Below are positions 35,861-48,871 of a stretch of DNA of 64,000 bases, one piece after another. Numbering within the stretch: position 1 is the first letter of the stretch; each line of letters opens with the position of its first letter. The notes beneath the pieces are model-generated. The model did no database searches and was not told where the DNA came from. It saw only the letters and a program-made list of their open reading frames with translations. This DNA comes from Phaeosaccion multiseriatum (lineage: Eukaryota; Protista; Ochrophyta, other classes). The translations under genes were made by a program, and so were the position numbers. Where the stretch lies: contig OZ218965.1 in NCBI GenBank assembly GCA_965112735.1, positions 930,001 to 994,000 on the forward strand. The letters run 5' to 3'.

Positions 35861-37157
35861 ATGGTGAGTAGAGGCATGGCTTCGACGGGGATTCACAGCT
35901 GCAAGAGTTCTTTGCCTGCGATTTTGGCGTCGTCCTTGTCTAACCCCGCACTCTCCTGCCTCCACTCGCTTCCCTACGTACATGCGAGGCAGGTCGACTA
36001 CTCCAAGTGGGACAATCTCCCTTCCTCTCCTTCGGACGATGGGGAGGAGGAAAGGAAGGGTGAGGGCGCGTTTGAGGCAGCAGCAGACCCGTCGGTCGCA
36101 GCAGCAGAGAGGAAGCGAGTAGTTTCCCCACCTTCGTCGTCTTCTCCCGCCCCCGCCTTCTCAGGGCCGCCGCTGTCATCGTCACAAGCCGCTGCGACAG
36201 ACTCCTCGCACGAGAACGACTCCGCCACGCTCATTGGATACACCATCACGAGGGTATCTGACGGGTCGGTGGTGGATCAGACAGAGGTTGATGACGACGC
36301 AGCTGCAGTCGTCCAAGGAGAGGTGGATTGCACCTTCCAAGTGCCGTCGGTGCTTGTCCCAAGCCTCATCACGACCCCTCTTCACGCAAGAGGAGGTGAG
36401 TCTTGTGCACGTAAGCGGTGGGTTGCCTGTACTAAAGTCTGTGCCGTGTCGAGTATGACGGAAAGCCTCCCACAAGCGACGCTCCACCTCTGTCCCTCCC
36501 ACCACTTCCACCTGCACAGCTCCTCCTCTCCTGCGCCGTGCCCTTAACCACCCAGCAACCTACCCACTCTGTGACCTCTGTCCTCTGTCACACCTCTTTG
36601 ACCCTCCCAACCGGACCCAACGCAACCCAAAACCAAGGAATGTTTGAGCTCACCCGGGGTGCCTCTCCAGGCACTGTGGTGTGTCGCTTCTCGAGTCCCT
36701 TCCCGCACGTAACGGCCGAGGCTCTCACGGACCGCATACGGCAGAGGTTTCTCGACCCTTCCCCCCCAGGGGCCGAGGAGTGCAGCGTTTCATGAAACTG
36801 GAACGACACGATGATGACGGCGCGAGAGCGGCCAAGAGGGGGAGAAGTGGAGCGAATGAGAAAGAGATGTGCGCCCCTACGTTTGAGCCTGATTCACGCT
36901 CGTGGCCGGTGGTACGTGGTCACGCAGCTAGAGCAAACCCGACCCAAGGCCATCCACCCACGTGCTGCTGCTTTGTCTTGGGGGTTGGCCTCTTTCGGCC
37001 GGGCATGCGTGTGGTCTTGGAGATGGATGGGGCCGCGGAGAGGAGAGGAGCAGCATCTCCACCAGGAGAAGCCCCCCGCTCTAGCCCCAGCAAGAGCAGC
37101 CAGCACAGAGGGCACCAGCAGCATCAGCGAGGCAGGGTTCAGAGCCAGTGGCGGTGA
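35861..37157 (+). CDS. Hypothetical protein starting M|VDYSKWDNL (Cdc37-N-like leader motif), with an ATG-only first coding exon; 3' end uncertain
   Basis: GAG-ATG|GTGAGT at 35861, acceptor CAG|GTCGACTACTCCAAGTGGGAC at ~35993, next exon at ~36638. There is a possible homopolymer frameshift at ~36762. Confidence 0.5.
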
Positions 37158-37172
37158 AAGAGAGAGAGAAGG

Positions 37173-37220
<48 letters not shown>

Positions 37221-38282
37221 GAAGGGAGAGAGAGAGATCGAGCTCCTGCCACCCGCCTCCACTGCAGCCACAGCCAAAACAAGGCCGAGTACTGGGCCCG
37301 GCGCAGGGGCAGGCATCTGGACGTGTCTCTTCGCCCCTCTCCCGGCCTGCCTCACCTCGTCGAGAGGAGCAGCAGCCGCGGAGAGAGGAAGATGTCTCTA
37401 TCGCCCGGGAGGAGGGCCTGTCGAGAGGTAAAAGCTGTACAGCCCGGCGGAGGGTGGAGGGATGAAAGGGCAGGTCGGGTTGGAGAAACCATCCACTACA
37501 TCCACTGCCATCCACGACATCCACTGCCATCCACCGCCGTCGAGAAGGAAAGGTCATGAAGGCTCGGGCTGCTCAAGTCCGTTGCACGAAGGGGCACACG
37601 AAGGGGCACACGAAGGGCTTTTCGGGCCCCAAGAGGCGGTTTCTCCGTGCCAAGTGGTCAGGAGAGGTAGGGAGAGGCAGGAAGGAGCAGGATTGGTTTC
37701 GATTGTCCACGGACTTGATTCTCTCGATCTAAACGCTCTCGCCACACGTCAATGCTGAGCGGGAGGCGAAGGCATCTCAGAGGCGTGTGAAGAGGGGGTA
37801 TGAGCGAAGCAAGCAGGAACAGAGTCAGACAAGGAATGGGGGAATGGGGGGCTTGCACAACAAGGAGGGGTGCCCGTGGAATGAAGAGGCGGGTTGTGCA
37901 GCACCTCGATAGGACGAGTGTGGAGAGCCCACTCCTTACAGGCGGGATGAGCGCGTCATTCCACTTGCCCCGATTGGCCGATCGATTGGTTGCATATTCC
38001 TTCATCTTTTCTGCTTTGACTAAGTAAGCTTACTTACGGGTGAAAAATGTAAAATCGTTCCTTCTTCTGCTCCTACCTCCTATGGTGTATCCTGTCCCGC
38101 GTGTGGGCCTAATCACAGCTCTGTTGCACTTAAACAAACAGAGTTCGCGCACATAGTCCTCTCTCCTCCTCCTCCTCCTCCTCCTCCTCCTCCTCCTCCT
38201 CCTCCTCCTCCTCCTCCTCCTCCTCCTTCTGCTGCTGCTGCTGCTGTCTACTCCAATCTCATGCCCCCCACGCCCCACTCCT

Positions 38283-41200
38283 TTAAACGTTGCCTTCCTC
38301 CACGCCGTCCCCTGTGGTATCGCTGAAGTCTCCCCCCATCATCAGCTCGTCCTCACTCCCATCGTCAGACACATTGTCAGACCCATTCTCAGACCCCTCG
38401 TCGCCTCTCTCTGCGCTGCTCTCAGCCTCGCCCCCAAGTTCAGCAACGGCAGCAACGGCAGAAGTGCTGGCAGTCCCCTGCGTATCACCCCCCCCTCCAC
38501 CATCGCCACCATCCGCTGCCTTCCCAGCACCCTCCTCCTCCTCCTCCTCCTCCTCCTCCTCCTCCTCCTCCTCCTCCTCCTCCTCCTCCTCCTCGTCCTC
38601 CTCCTCCTCCTCCTCCTCCTCGTCCTCCTCTTCCTCCTCCTCCTCCTCCTCCTCCTCCTCCTTCTCCTCCTCCTCCTCCTCCTCCTCCTCCTCCTCCTCC
38701 TCTTCCTCCTCCTCCTCCTCCTTCTCCTCCTCCTCCTCCTCCTCCTCCTCCTCCTGCTGCTGCTTCTTGTCCTCCTCCTCCTCCTCCTCCTCCTCATCCT
38801 TCTCCTTCTCCTCCTTCTCCTCCTCCTCGTCCTTCTCCTCCTCCTCGTCCTTCTCCTCGTCAACATCATCATTCTCATCTCGTTGCCCTGATTGGCTCCA
38901 TTCGTACTCGTCTTGTTCCTCCTCCTCCTTCTCGTGCTCCTCGTTCTCCTGCTCCGCCTCCCCGTCCTTCCCCTCCTCCTCCCCCTCCTTCCCCTCCTCC
39001 TCCTCCTCCTCCTCCCCCTCGTCCTCCTCCTCCTCCCCCTCCTCCTTCCCCTCCTCGTCTGCCTCCACCTCAACTTCCTCCTCCTCCTCCTCCTCCTTCT
39101 CCTCCTCCACATCATCAACAACACCACTCCCTTCTGCGCCGCCAGCACTACCACTGCCCGCCCGGGACTCGACAGAGGCTGCGCTCTTCCTGCCCGCCGC
39201 TGAGGATGAACACGACAACTCGGAAGCCATCATAACCGAGTCGGTGCCGCCGGAGGCCTCGCTACTCATCCCGGTCACTTCGCTGCTCATCGCTCCAGAC
39301 AATTGGCTACTGCCTCCCTCTATACCGCTACTGGCGGCGCTGCCCCCTCCTTGTACTCCTGCTCCTCCTCCTTCTGTGCCGGACAGTTTCCTCTTCGAGA
39401 ACGCCTTTCCCAGCACCGCTTCTATCTCAAGGTCCTCGTCCTCCTCCTTGTAGTCATCCCCTTCGTCTTCATCGCCAGTCTCGGGTGCGCTCGTCTCCTC
39501 TTGGTCCTTCGTCCCTGCTGCCTCTTCCTTCTCCTCCTCCTTCCCCTTCGCGTCCGTCTCATTCTCTTCCTTCTTCTCCTCTTTCTCCCCCTCTTCCACT
39601 TTTGCGTCCCCACCGGGAACCCCTTCATGCTCCGCTCCTTGGCTATCCGTGTTTACTCCCTCCACTCCCTCCTCCTTGTCCTCCTCCTCCTCATCTCCTC
39701 CCTGCTTCATCTCCTCCCCCTTCTCCTCCTCGTCCTCCTCAGCCTCCATACGGGTCTTGTCAGCCCCATCCTCCATCCCCTTCTCTCCTTTCTCGTCATG
39801 CACCTCACGTCTCTTGCCATGACGTACGCCTTGTACTCCCTGCTGCACAGGAGTTTTGATGGGTGGAGCCTTCTTCTTGTAGGGCTTGGACGCTGCAGTG
39901 GTAGGAGCAGCAGCGGTTGGTGATACCGTAGATGCCCTCTCCTTTGAGGCCCCATGGTCAGGCACAACCTTACCCCCCTTCCCATGCGGCTCCTTCGTCG
40001 TCGCCGATGCAGTAGCAGGTACATGCTTACCCATCTCACTCTCCTTTGTGCGGGCCATCCTGACCTGCGCATCCAATGCCCTCACTCCACAGTCCTCATG
40101 ACCAGCAGCTTGCTGAAGGCGACCCCCGCGACTGCAACCACCCTTCTCCACCAGCAGGTAGGCCTTCCCCTCCGCCTCACCGTCATCCTTCATAGCCCCC
40201 CTGGGGCTCGTCCTTCCCCCGGTGGACCACAGTGACGTCATCGCTGCTGCTGCCGTCGGAGCTTCTCTTGCCTGCGTGGCCAGCGCCTGTGCCGCTGCTG
40301 CGAGTGCCGCTAAGTGCTCTGCTCTGCTCAACACGGCCTCTCCGTACTCGAATATGGCAACAAGCCAACGCGCAAGGGCGAGGCTCGCTTGGGAGGCTCG
40401 CGCCACCTGAGGGGGGAGAAGATTTGCGTATAAGGGATGCGCGGATCCCCATGTACCTATACCCTTCACGTCACCCACCCCCTCTACCCACCCTCCCACC
40501 TCACGCACCCACCCACTCCCACCCATTCTCAGTCCCACTCTCCCACCCACCCACCCAGTGAATCATTGCCTTACCTTGGGCAGCGCCATGTCCTCGTCCA
40601 GCACGAACCTCCGCATGGCGGTTATTCGGACGGCAGGCACGGCCTCTCTGTCGATGGAGTGCAGCGTCTCAAACAGGCAGTAGCTGTTGCCCAGCAGCAC
40701 CTGGCAGTTTCAGTTTCAGTTTCAGTTTCAGTTTCAGTCAGACTTATGTTCAGTTTCAGGTTCAGATGCAGGTAGTTGCCCCCAGTGGAGAAGGAGGTTG
40801 CAGTTGCGAGTTCCTGAACTTGAACTGAACTGGTACCAATACCAACACCACCAGCCCATCAGTCAGTGCACGAATGGTTGGTCAGCGTCAACTCACTCAC
40901 CTGGCGGATACTAGAGCGTGTGGGGCGGAGTCCGAGTAACACGGCAAGGGCCTTGAGCACCAGCAGCAGGGGCCGAGGAGGGAAGGCGAGGCTCGACAAC
41001 TCCACAAGGTGGGGAATTTTGACACTTGGCAACATACGGTCCACACGTCGCCCCAGCGCCAGGATTCTGTTCTCTTCCTGCTCCCTCCTCTCCCTCTCTC
41101 GAGCGGCTTCTTCCTCCTCCGCGACTCTCTTCGCTGCCGCCGCCGCCGCCGCTGCCGCCTGGGTCCTCTCCTTGTTCTTGCTCCGCCGTCCACTACCATC

Positions 41201-44200
41201 TAAGTCGTCGTCTTTGCCGCCTTTGTGGTCTTCCTCGTCGTCATCATTCTCAAAGTCCTCGTCCTCATACACCGCTGCACTCACCCCGTCAGACTCGTCC
41301 CACCCTTCATTGCCATACTCATCCTCATCCTCCGCCACCTCCACCACCCCAGTGAGCGTGCACTCCAGCACTGCTTCCCCCCCCCCCTGCATCCTCCCCT
41401 CTTCTCTCCCGGGGTGCGGTGCCGCTGCTGCCCCTCCCCAAGCCGCTGAGCGGGGGCCGTGAGCAGTGGCCGGGCGGACACGCGAAGACGATGTCGAGCG
41501 CTGCTGCCACCAGAGAGGGGAGGGGAGGGGGTCGGAGTCGGGGTGCGTGGGTGTGCGGGTGCGTGAGTGCGTGAGTGCGTGAGTGCGTGAGTGCGTGGGT
41601 GCGTGGGTGCGTGAGTGAAACGGAAGATAAAACGCATACAGACAGCAAGTTCGGGGGGAGTGGAGAGGAGCGGGTAGTTGAGAGCGTTAGGTGGGTGGGG
41701 AGGGACGGGGGAGTTAAGGGCCCCGAACCGCTCCATGAGCAGAGGGGGCGGAGACGGCAAGCAGAGACGGTCGGCCCCTTTCCGATGTCCTTCCCAGCCG
41801 ACCGTTACTCCCGTGTGAGCGGTGCGCGGCAGCTGCTGACCCCACGCCCCACAGACTCTCTCTCTCCTCAGCCGTCCTCTCTCGAGTGTCGGTGCCCCGC
41901 CTCCTCTCCCCCCCCCCCCTTCCTCCTCTCTCTCCCTCTCTCCCTCCCCTCCCTCCTTCTGATCCAATGTGCCTTACCTGACTTTGACTGCAGTCGAAGC
42001 TTTTCCCCTCCTGCTGATCCAAGAAGCCCTCTCCCCCTCCTCCTCCTCTTCCTCCTCCTCCTCCTCCTCCTCCTCCCCCCGGCACCCTTCCCGCAGCCGC
42101 AGTTGACAGCAAATCTGTTGCCATGTGGAGCCGCAGCAGTGGAGCACTGGCGGGCCGTTTGTGCTTTTTGTGTGGTCGAGTAGCGTTGGTACTGCCCGGA
42201 CTCGCTTGCTTCACCGTGCAGGCGAGCCGCCTATACAGCTGCGCTGCAGTTCCTCCTCTCCCCCCCTCCCCTTCTCCTCCTTGTACTCCTCCTTCGCCCC
42301 TTAGTCCTACCGTCACCCCCACTTCCCCTGCTGCTACTTGCCCCCCCCCTCCACCTCCTCCTTCCTCGTCGGCCGGAAGCATGTTGTGTGCCTCCAGCCA
42401 GGAGCGATTGGCCGCGAAGCAAGTAGTACTCCACGCCGGCTTCCTCCTCTTGCCACCGGCGCTGTGCGTCCTCCTCCCCCCTCTCACTTGCTGCCTCCCC
42501 TGTCCCCACCCATCTCTCCCATCTCCTTCTCCCCCGAGTATTGCCGCCGGAAAGTCCGACAAGGTCGTCGCCGCAGGAGCAGCAGGAACGGTCCTGGCCA
42601 TTCTATTGTCCTTGCCATTGTTATTGTCGTCGTCCTCCTCTAGTATCGAACACCTCCAGGAGGAGGAGAAGGCAGCACAAGCCGAGGAAGGCCTTTGTGT
42701 CTCCGAGTCGTCGCCAGGGTGCACAAAGGACGGGGACGGGGGGCCCCCTGGCCCGACGGCGGGTGCCTCCCGAATAGAGGGAACTTTCCTCATGATGTCC
42801 TGCCTTAGTTGGGCGTGAACTTGCTCGACAGCCATGGCCTTGCGCATTGCGTCGACGGTGGGATACTGCCCTCCCGAGTAGCCGGCCCTGACCTTGACCT
42901 TTGTTTTAGTTTCAATCGGTTGGTCAAGGTTCGTGCGGGCAGGGATGGACAAGAAGGAAGGAGTGTATGCGTATGTGAGTGTGTGCGAGAGAGAGATGGA
43001 TAGAGAGAGAGAGAGAGAGAGAAGGGAGAAAGAAACGGAGCAATCGCAGGGTGAGGAGGGGTGATGTGGTGTGCTCCTCTTGACAGTGGACATACATTGA
43101 CACGTTTCTGAATAACGATGTCATCGACACGTCGACAATTCGACGAACACTGGCATATGAAGCCATGAGAGCTCTGCACTATTGAACCGTTTCAGAAAGC
43201 GTATTGGTGTGGGGGGTGGCAAGTAAGCCTCAGGTCCAAACAAGCCTTGCCTAACGTACCTGTGCCAGCTGCTTCAGCAGACGCTTCTTCTGCTCTGGGG
43301 TGAGGTGGTGCTGATACCTCGAGAGGCCTCCGTTCGTCTCAAGCATCTCCTGCTTCTCTTGCTCCTCCAGCTCCTTTTGCTGTCGTCTTCTCCGCTGCAG
43401 CTGGGCCTGACGCCGGCGTTGACGCAGCTGTTTCTGGCGCTCCTTTCGCAGCAGCTCGTCCTCCTCCCCTACCCCATCCGCCGCAATGCAGACCCCATCA
43501 CCGTCCTGATCGCACGCCGCGGGTGTCCTCTGAGTGCCCCCCCGTCCAGTTCGACCTGCTGGGCCATCTCCCGCGCTGTTCGCGCTTTCTTTCCTGCACA
43601 TTCTCCTCATGCTCCTCTTCCTCAGGCTGGCGGGGCTGTATGTCCAACATGTGGTCAAGGGAGGCGCCTCGCCGCTCTTTCCAGTGGTGGTCCCCGCTGC
43701 TTTGGTCATACTAATGTCAAGCGCCGTTACACCCACCGAGATGGTAGCCGAGGTCGCAGGATTAACGTTGATAGTGCTGGGCACGCAAGACGTGTTAAAG
43801 GTTCTGGGCTGCGTAAAACCCGGGCCTGAGAGAAGCTGCGAGTTCAGAAAGGAAGAGCAGAGGGAGGGTAGACAGAACGTGACGGTGGGGAGGGGGGCTT
43901 CTTTCCCCCCTTTATCTCTGTTCTTCTCTCTGAGCGTGGCAAAATTCCGCTCTTTCGGCCCATACTGTAGTTAACTTTAGTAGCAGGCCGTGGTATCATA
44001 TTTTTTCCCTCCTCCCTTCTGCTATAACTGCTACTCACCGCGGAGGTTCGCCGCGGTCTAGAGGGCATAGCCCCCATGCTTGCTGGCCGCAGTGGGAACG
44101 TTGCGGTGCTGCGCTTATTGGCTGGGTCGCCCTCATCGCCTCCCGGCTCGGGCTTCGTCTTTCGTGCCAACACCGGCGCTGTTCTCTCTCCCTTGGCGGT

Positions 44201-44260
44201 AGTGGGACGCGTCTTGCCCCCACCACTCACTGGCTGATGCTGGGGCACCATTAATCTCAT
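38283..44260 (-). CDS. Large multi-exon protein with a stand-alone dynein stalk microtubule-binding-domain-like region and a very long Glu-rich C-terminal tail
   Basis: Exons ending at 40901, 40700-40575 and starting at 40406 splice to MLPSVKIPHLVELSSLAFPPRPLLLVLKALAVLLGLRPTRSSIRQVLLGNSYCLFETLHSIDREAVP...LPKVARASQASLALARWLVAIFEY. The last exon is dominated by GAG codons. Upstream exons are approximate. Confidence 0.7.
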
Positions 44261-44431
44261 CCCTCCCCCCCCCCTTTGACCCTGCTAGGGAGCTTGTCGT
44301 ACACACCGCAGATGCGCAGATGAGTGGGGTGTTGGTACTATTGTAACGCCAGGCCCATCTGTGAACACTGACTTACCGAACCAATCTGATGCATCATGTG
44401 TGTTCTCTCAAGAATAAAAAGGAGAGCTGTA

Positions 44432-45544
44432 ATGACGGCATGCTATAGGCTCGCTCTAGGTGTGATAGCTCTTCTTTCCTCGCTTTGCGTCGCTCGAGTC
44501 CAGGCATTTGTTGCGCAGGGGGTGGGGACGCAGGGAAGTAGGAGCAGGAGCTATCAAAGGTACGAAGAAGGATCGGGCAGGGTCTAGATACTCTCCCAGG
44601 CTCTCGATCGACCTCCCTATGCTTCGTCTCTCGATCACCCTGTAACATCTCGCCCTCTTGACGCAGAGCTCCGACTGAGGTGGCAGCAACCTCCCACGAC
44701 GTGACCTTTGTCCACGACGGAAAGGAGACTGTGGTAGCTGTGGAGGAGGGAACGTGGTTTCTCGATGCCATGGAGGGGGCAGGCCTGGACGCGCCCCACT
44801 CATGCAGGTGCGATAGTCCTTGTGTCTCGCCGGGGAGGAGGTTCTGATGTTGGCGGGATCGAGGTGTGAGCTTCCGTCTTCTATGCCCCGTTCTTCAGAG
44901 GCAAACGCATTGCCTCATCTCGCGGACACCCACACTTCATCTCCTCGTGCCCTTTTCTTCTCTCGTCGTGGCGGGGGGGGGGGTTGCTGCTGTGGGTGGC
45001 ATTTTCTTTGCTAATCTAATACCCTCCTCTATCCCTTTCCCTCTCCCTGTCTGGGGCGCATTGACCTGACCCGGTGGGGGGGGAGCAGGAGCGGGCTGTG
45101 CACTGAGTGTGCGGCGATGGTGACGTCAGGAGCGGACAACGTGGAGAGAGATGCGGCGGTGCTCGACCCTGCGGTCTCTGCCAAGGGCTTCATCCTCACG
45201 TGCTCTGCGAGGTAAGGAGGGGAGGGTTTTGATATAGCAGAGCCGCAAGGGTGAAAGGAAGGCCCCCATCTCCTCCTCCTCCTCCTCCTCCTCCTGTGTG
45301 TGCGTCTATCGAGCATCGAGCATGAAGAAGAGGCCATGGAACTGCATCCACACCTGTTCTTTCTTTCTTTCGTTCTTTGTGTCCTTTCTTGGTCTGAGGA
45401 CTCAGTCACCTCGCTGCATGCCCTGCTGCCCTGTTGTTGCGTTGCGTGCTCACCGTGTGCCCTCAGCCCCAAGGGACCCGGGATAGTGATGGAGTGTGGT
45501 GTTGGCGACCGTATGTACGACGAGCAGGTGAGGAGGCAAACGAA

Positions 45545-45582
<38 letters not shown>

Positions 45583-45810
45583 TGTTGGTCACATTTCTAT
45601 CATTCACCCTCTGAGCCGTACGAAACCGCCCCCACCCCCTCTCTCTCTGCCTTGTCTCTTCTCTCCCTCTATCTCTCCCCTCCCTCCCTCCGGTCCCTCT
45701 CTCTTCCGACGCCGACACAGTATGGGAGCTTTCGAGCAGACCACGAGGCGATGCAGAGCAAGGACAAGCGGCCGGGTTCCTTCCCCTTACCCACCCAGGA
45801 GGCCGCATAG
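44432..45810 (+). CDS. Plastid-targeted [2Fe-2S] ferredoxin with a C-terminal extension (FdC2/Fed2-like); exons 44432-44559, 44667-44807, 45089-45211, 45467-45527, 45721-45810
   Basis: Signal peptide + VQA-F presequence. FLDAMEGAGLDAPHSCRSGLCTECAA...GFILTCSA gives the C-x4-C-x2-C...C pattern; the tail reads DRMYDEQYGSF. All introns are GT-AG and phase-compatible. Confidence 0.9.
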
Positions 45811-46039
45811 GCTTTGAACGCCTCTGATCTCATGAGAGAGGTGCTTCTTCAGCACCACAGCCTCTCAGAAACCAACACTGTTCTTGAGGTACTGAAAAAA
45901 AACAAAAAAACAACAAAACTTCTTTATCTTTTACGTTCGTTCATGCAGCTTCCGGCAATGGCGTACAGTGCGAGCATTTGCAAGCTGCTGGGGAGAGAAG
46001 AAGCCCTTTGTTCCCCTTAATATTGGGAGAGGAAGCTCT

Positions 46040-46680
46040 TTACTCACCCTCCTTGTAATAGAGCAGTTGCAAGGGCACCCGTTCGCGTGGGCCCATTCCG
46101 CAATTTGCTGCAAAGGGGTGGGATTTCTGACTGATGTGTCTGAATTTGACAGTAGGGGTGTAGGACAGACCCCCTACTCCTATATACACATGGCCTCCTC
46201 TGAGCGGAGCCACTGCAGCATCTCGAGGCTCTGCCCTTCCATCACAGCAACTTTGCACAGCTCTGGGTGATTCCATTTGCACAAATCACGCGCATTGGCG
46301 TACAGCCACATAGGGCCATCTCAGTAGACCATTCCTCTCCATGGCAATTCCGCTGCACTCCTTTTCTCTCTATTTTCTCACTCTCCTCTCTCTTCAATGG
46401 TTTCCAAAAATCCTTGCTGACCAAGACCAGCGCTGAGGAGTGCTCCTGCGACGCGTCGCTGCTTGTGCAACGGGTACTCGTGCAACATACATGTACTCTC
46501 CTTGTATTGCTCCTGCTGCTGAGTCCTACTGCCGCTGCTTCTGCTGTTACAAATGATGTCAGGGCGATCACTTCACAGAAAAAAGTAGGGAACTGAAACT
46601 GAAATTTAGATGGGTCAACAATGAAGGCCAGCTCAGAACTTGGTTTATATGGCGGAGACCGGGCCCCATTGCTGCTATCC
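46040..46680 (-). pseudogene. Internally deleted ankyrin-like paralog (5' leader fused directly to the C-terminal repeats)
   Basis: 46310-46680 mirrors 19460-19820, then jumps to PELCKVAVMEGQSLEMLQWLRSEEAMC...QIAEWAHANGCPCNCS. Confidence 0.7.
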
Positions 46681-47021
46681 TACACCACTACGGTGCGCGC
46701 TGCGCGCGTTCTCTCTTCAACCACATACACACACACACACACACTCTCATCCTTGATTATTTTTTCAATTTGTTTAAGAAATTGCGCGGGGCGGAGCGAA
46801 GCATTGGAGAGCTGCGCAGTTGGGCTGTAGAAGCCGTACACAGAAGGACACTGCGTTCCCTCTGTGGCATGCAGCTGCGGCCGCTACCCTCGGACGGGCA
46901 TAAACATCTTTCGCTCCCTCACTCGCGGCGCATCAGCTCCGTGTGGCAGGAGGCATAAGCCGTCCCAACTTTACAGGCGCACGCCGTCTCTCCTTCTCAT
47001 TCAGCTCGCATCCGAGCTGCA

Positions 47022-48425
47022 TCAGTCCGAGCATGTGCAAGGATGCCCGTTGGCGTGCACCCACTCCTTAATCTCTCTCATTGCGGCGGGATCTGTGGGC
47101 TCTCGGTGGTGACCTGAAGCTTCATCCGATGCCTTCAACTCCACAGGGCAGGCCCACTGGTCCCACTCGCACCGCACCTCCTCCGAGCGGAGCCATTGCA
47201 GCATCTCAAGGCTCTGCGCTACGCCCACTGCCGTTTGGCAGAGCTCTGGATTCCACTCACAGAACTCACGTGCATTGGCGTGCAGCCACTTGAGCACCTC
47301 CAAAGTACTGTAGGTGATGGCGAACTTGGCCCCCATTCTCCACTCACTATTCTGGGTGGCCAAGAGGGGTTGCGTCAGGGCAGCAGGGGCTGTCGCACTC
47401 TCCATCTCGGCCCTGATCTTGGGGTGCTCGAAGACCCACTTTATGACCTCGAGATTCTTGCTTTGTAGGGCGGTCAACCAGATGGTGAAACTGAAAGGCG
47501 CATTGACCTCGTCCGAGAGAAGCCACTCCAGCTTGTCCGTTGCTCCAACTAGGGCGGCATACTCGCACACTAGTGTGTCGAAACGGCATCCCTCTTTGCC
47601 AGGGAGGCCGTGCAGCCACCTCAGGATGGCAACGCCGTGCCTGCCATTCTTTATGGCTCCCCGCACCACCCGTGGTCCAGACGGACAGCCCATGTCGTAC
47701 AGCGCCTTGCACATATTAACGTCTTGCTGCATGGCTGCCGACGTGAGTGTATTCACATCCAAGAGGTACCCATGCCGCCGAGCCCAGCATATGCGGTCTA
47801 CGGACTGCGTCACACTTCCATGTGATGTGCATGGTGAAGGATGCTTACTCACGTAGGCTTTCTTCCAGCCCCAGCTGATCGAAGCAATAAAGAGATACTG
47901 CTTCGCCCCAATGAAGTCAAGGACCACGCCGCGCACATTCTCAATTTCCAGCACGTTGGGATTTTGACAAGCCCCCCTCCTCTGCGTTACACAACTGGGT
48001 GGAGTTTGCGACATGCCTTGACCCGCCGCCGGGGACTCGGACCGCACCTGGCAAGGGACCTTCCCTGTGTCCTGCTGTTCGAGTTGCTGTATGATGTCGA
48101 GCATGACGAGCTCGGTGGCCTTCAAAGGAGTGCCTTGCAGCCCCATAGGTGTCTTCTCCTGCCCTCCCTCCTCTGCTGAGCAGGGAGGTGACAGTGCCTG
48201 CTGCGCCCCCTTCTTCATCTCCACAAAGCCTCTGGAAAAGGGGCTTTTGCGAGTAGGTGGACGGTTCCTGATGCCCAGCGCCTCAGTGCCTCCCCCTCCT
48301 GCCGCTGGTCTGCTCAAAGACCCTCCCTCCCCACGGTCGTTCCCCACAGCACTATCCTGAATCTGAAGATTCTTCTGACGTATTACTGCCACCTCCGTTG
48401 CCTCTGCTGCTACTTCTCGTGCCAC
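47022..48425 (-). CDS. Intact intronless F-box-like + ankyrin-like repeat protein (likely start ATG at 48218 or 48146)
   Basis: 467-codon open frame, near-identical to 17964..19085. Confidence 0.8.
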   Translation of the reverse strand: MAREVAAEATEVAVIRQKNLQIQDSAVGNDRGEGGSLSRPAAGGGGTEALGIRNRPPTRKSPFSRGFVEMKKGAQQALSPPCSAEEGGQEKTPMGLQGTPLKATELVMLDIIQQLEQQDTGKVPCQVRSESPAAGQGMSQTPPSCVTQRRGACQNPNVLEIENVRGVVLDFIGAKQYLFIASISWGWKKAYVSKHPSPCTSHGSVTQSVDRICWARRHGYLLDVNTLTSAAMQQDVNMCKALYDMGCPSGPRVVRGAIKNGRHGVAILRWLHGLPGKEGCRFDTLVCEYAALVGATDKLEWLLSDEVNAPFSFTIWLTALQSKNLEVIKWVFEHPKIRAEMESATAPAALTQPLLATQNSEWRMGAKFAITYSTLEVLKWLHANAREFCEWNPELCQTAVGVAQSLEMLQWLRSEEVRCEWDQWACPVELKASDEASGHHREPTDPAAMREIKEWVHANGHPCTCSD

Positions 48426-48871
48426 CGAGTCCTATTTTCCTCCTCTTGCTATTACCGCTGTCCCTCTGCGGCCGCTGCTTCAGCTGCTATAACACGAAAC
48501 GATGTAAACAGCGTGGGGCGATCACTTCACAGAAAAAAAAACCGGGGAACTGAAACTGAAATTTAGTTTCCCCCTTGGGTAGGCCTTGGATGGAGGTATA
48601 TGGCGTACAGGGCTGAGACCGGGCCTGCTATCCTACTACAGCGCGCGTGTGCTTGAGGATTCCTTACGGGGGGACGTCTACCGTGGAGCTGTTTACGTCG
48701 CCTTCACGCCCACTGAGTCATCGTTCTTGTCCATTCGCTTAGCCGGCTCGCTGCTGCTGGGCCGGGTTTGGCCGTTACGGGCCTCTTTTTGCTCCACCCT
48801 CTCTCTATAGAGGATAATGCGTTTCCCGGTCTTTCTGCCGGTGGACTGCAGCGATTCGGCAGTCACGTCTT

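Noticed and set aside
36755-36800. Apparent frameshift in the VDYSKWD gene as programmed recoding
   Set aside because: It falls at a C homopolymer, so a sequencing error or an unrecognised splice is more likely.
38290-39453. Poly-Ser, poly-Arg and poly-Leu ORFs
   Set aside because: They are other frames of the GAG-rich poly-Glu exon.
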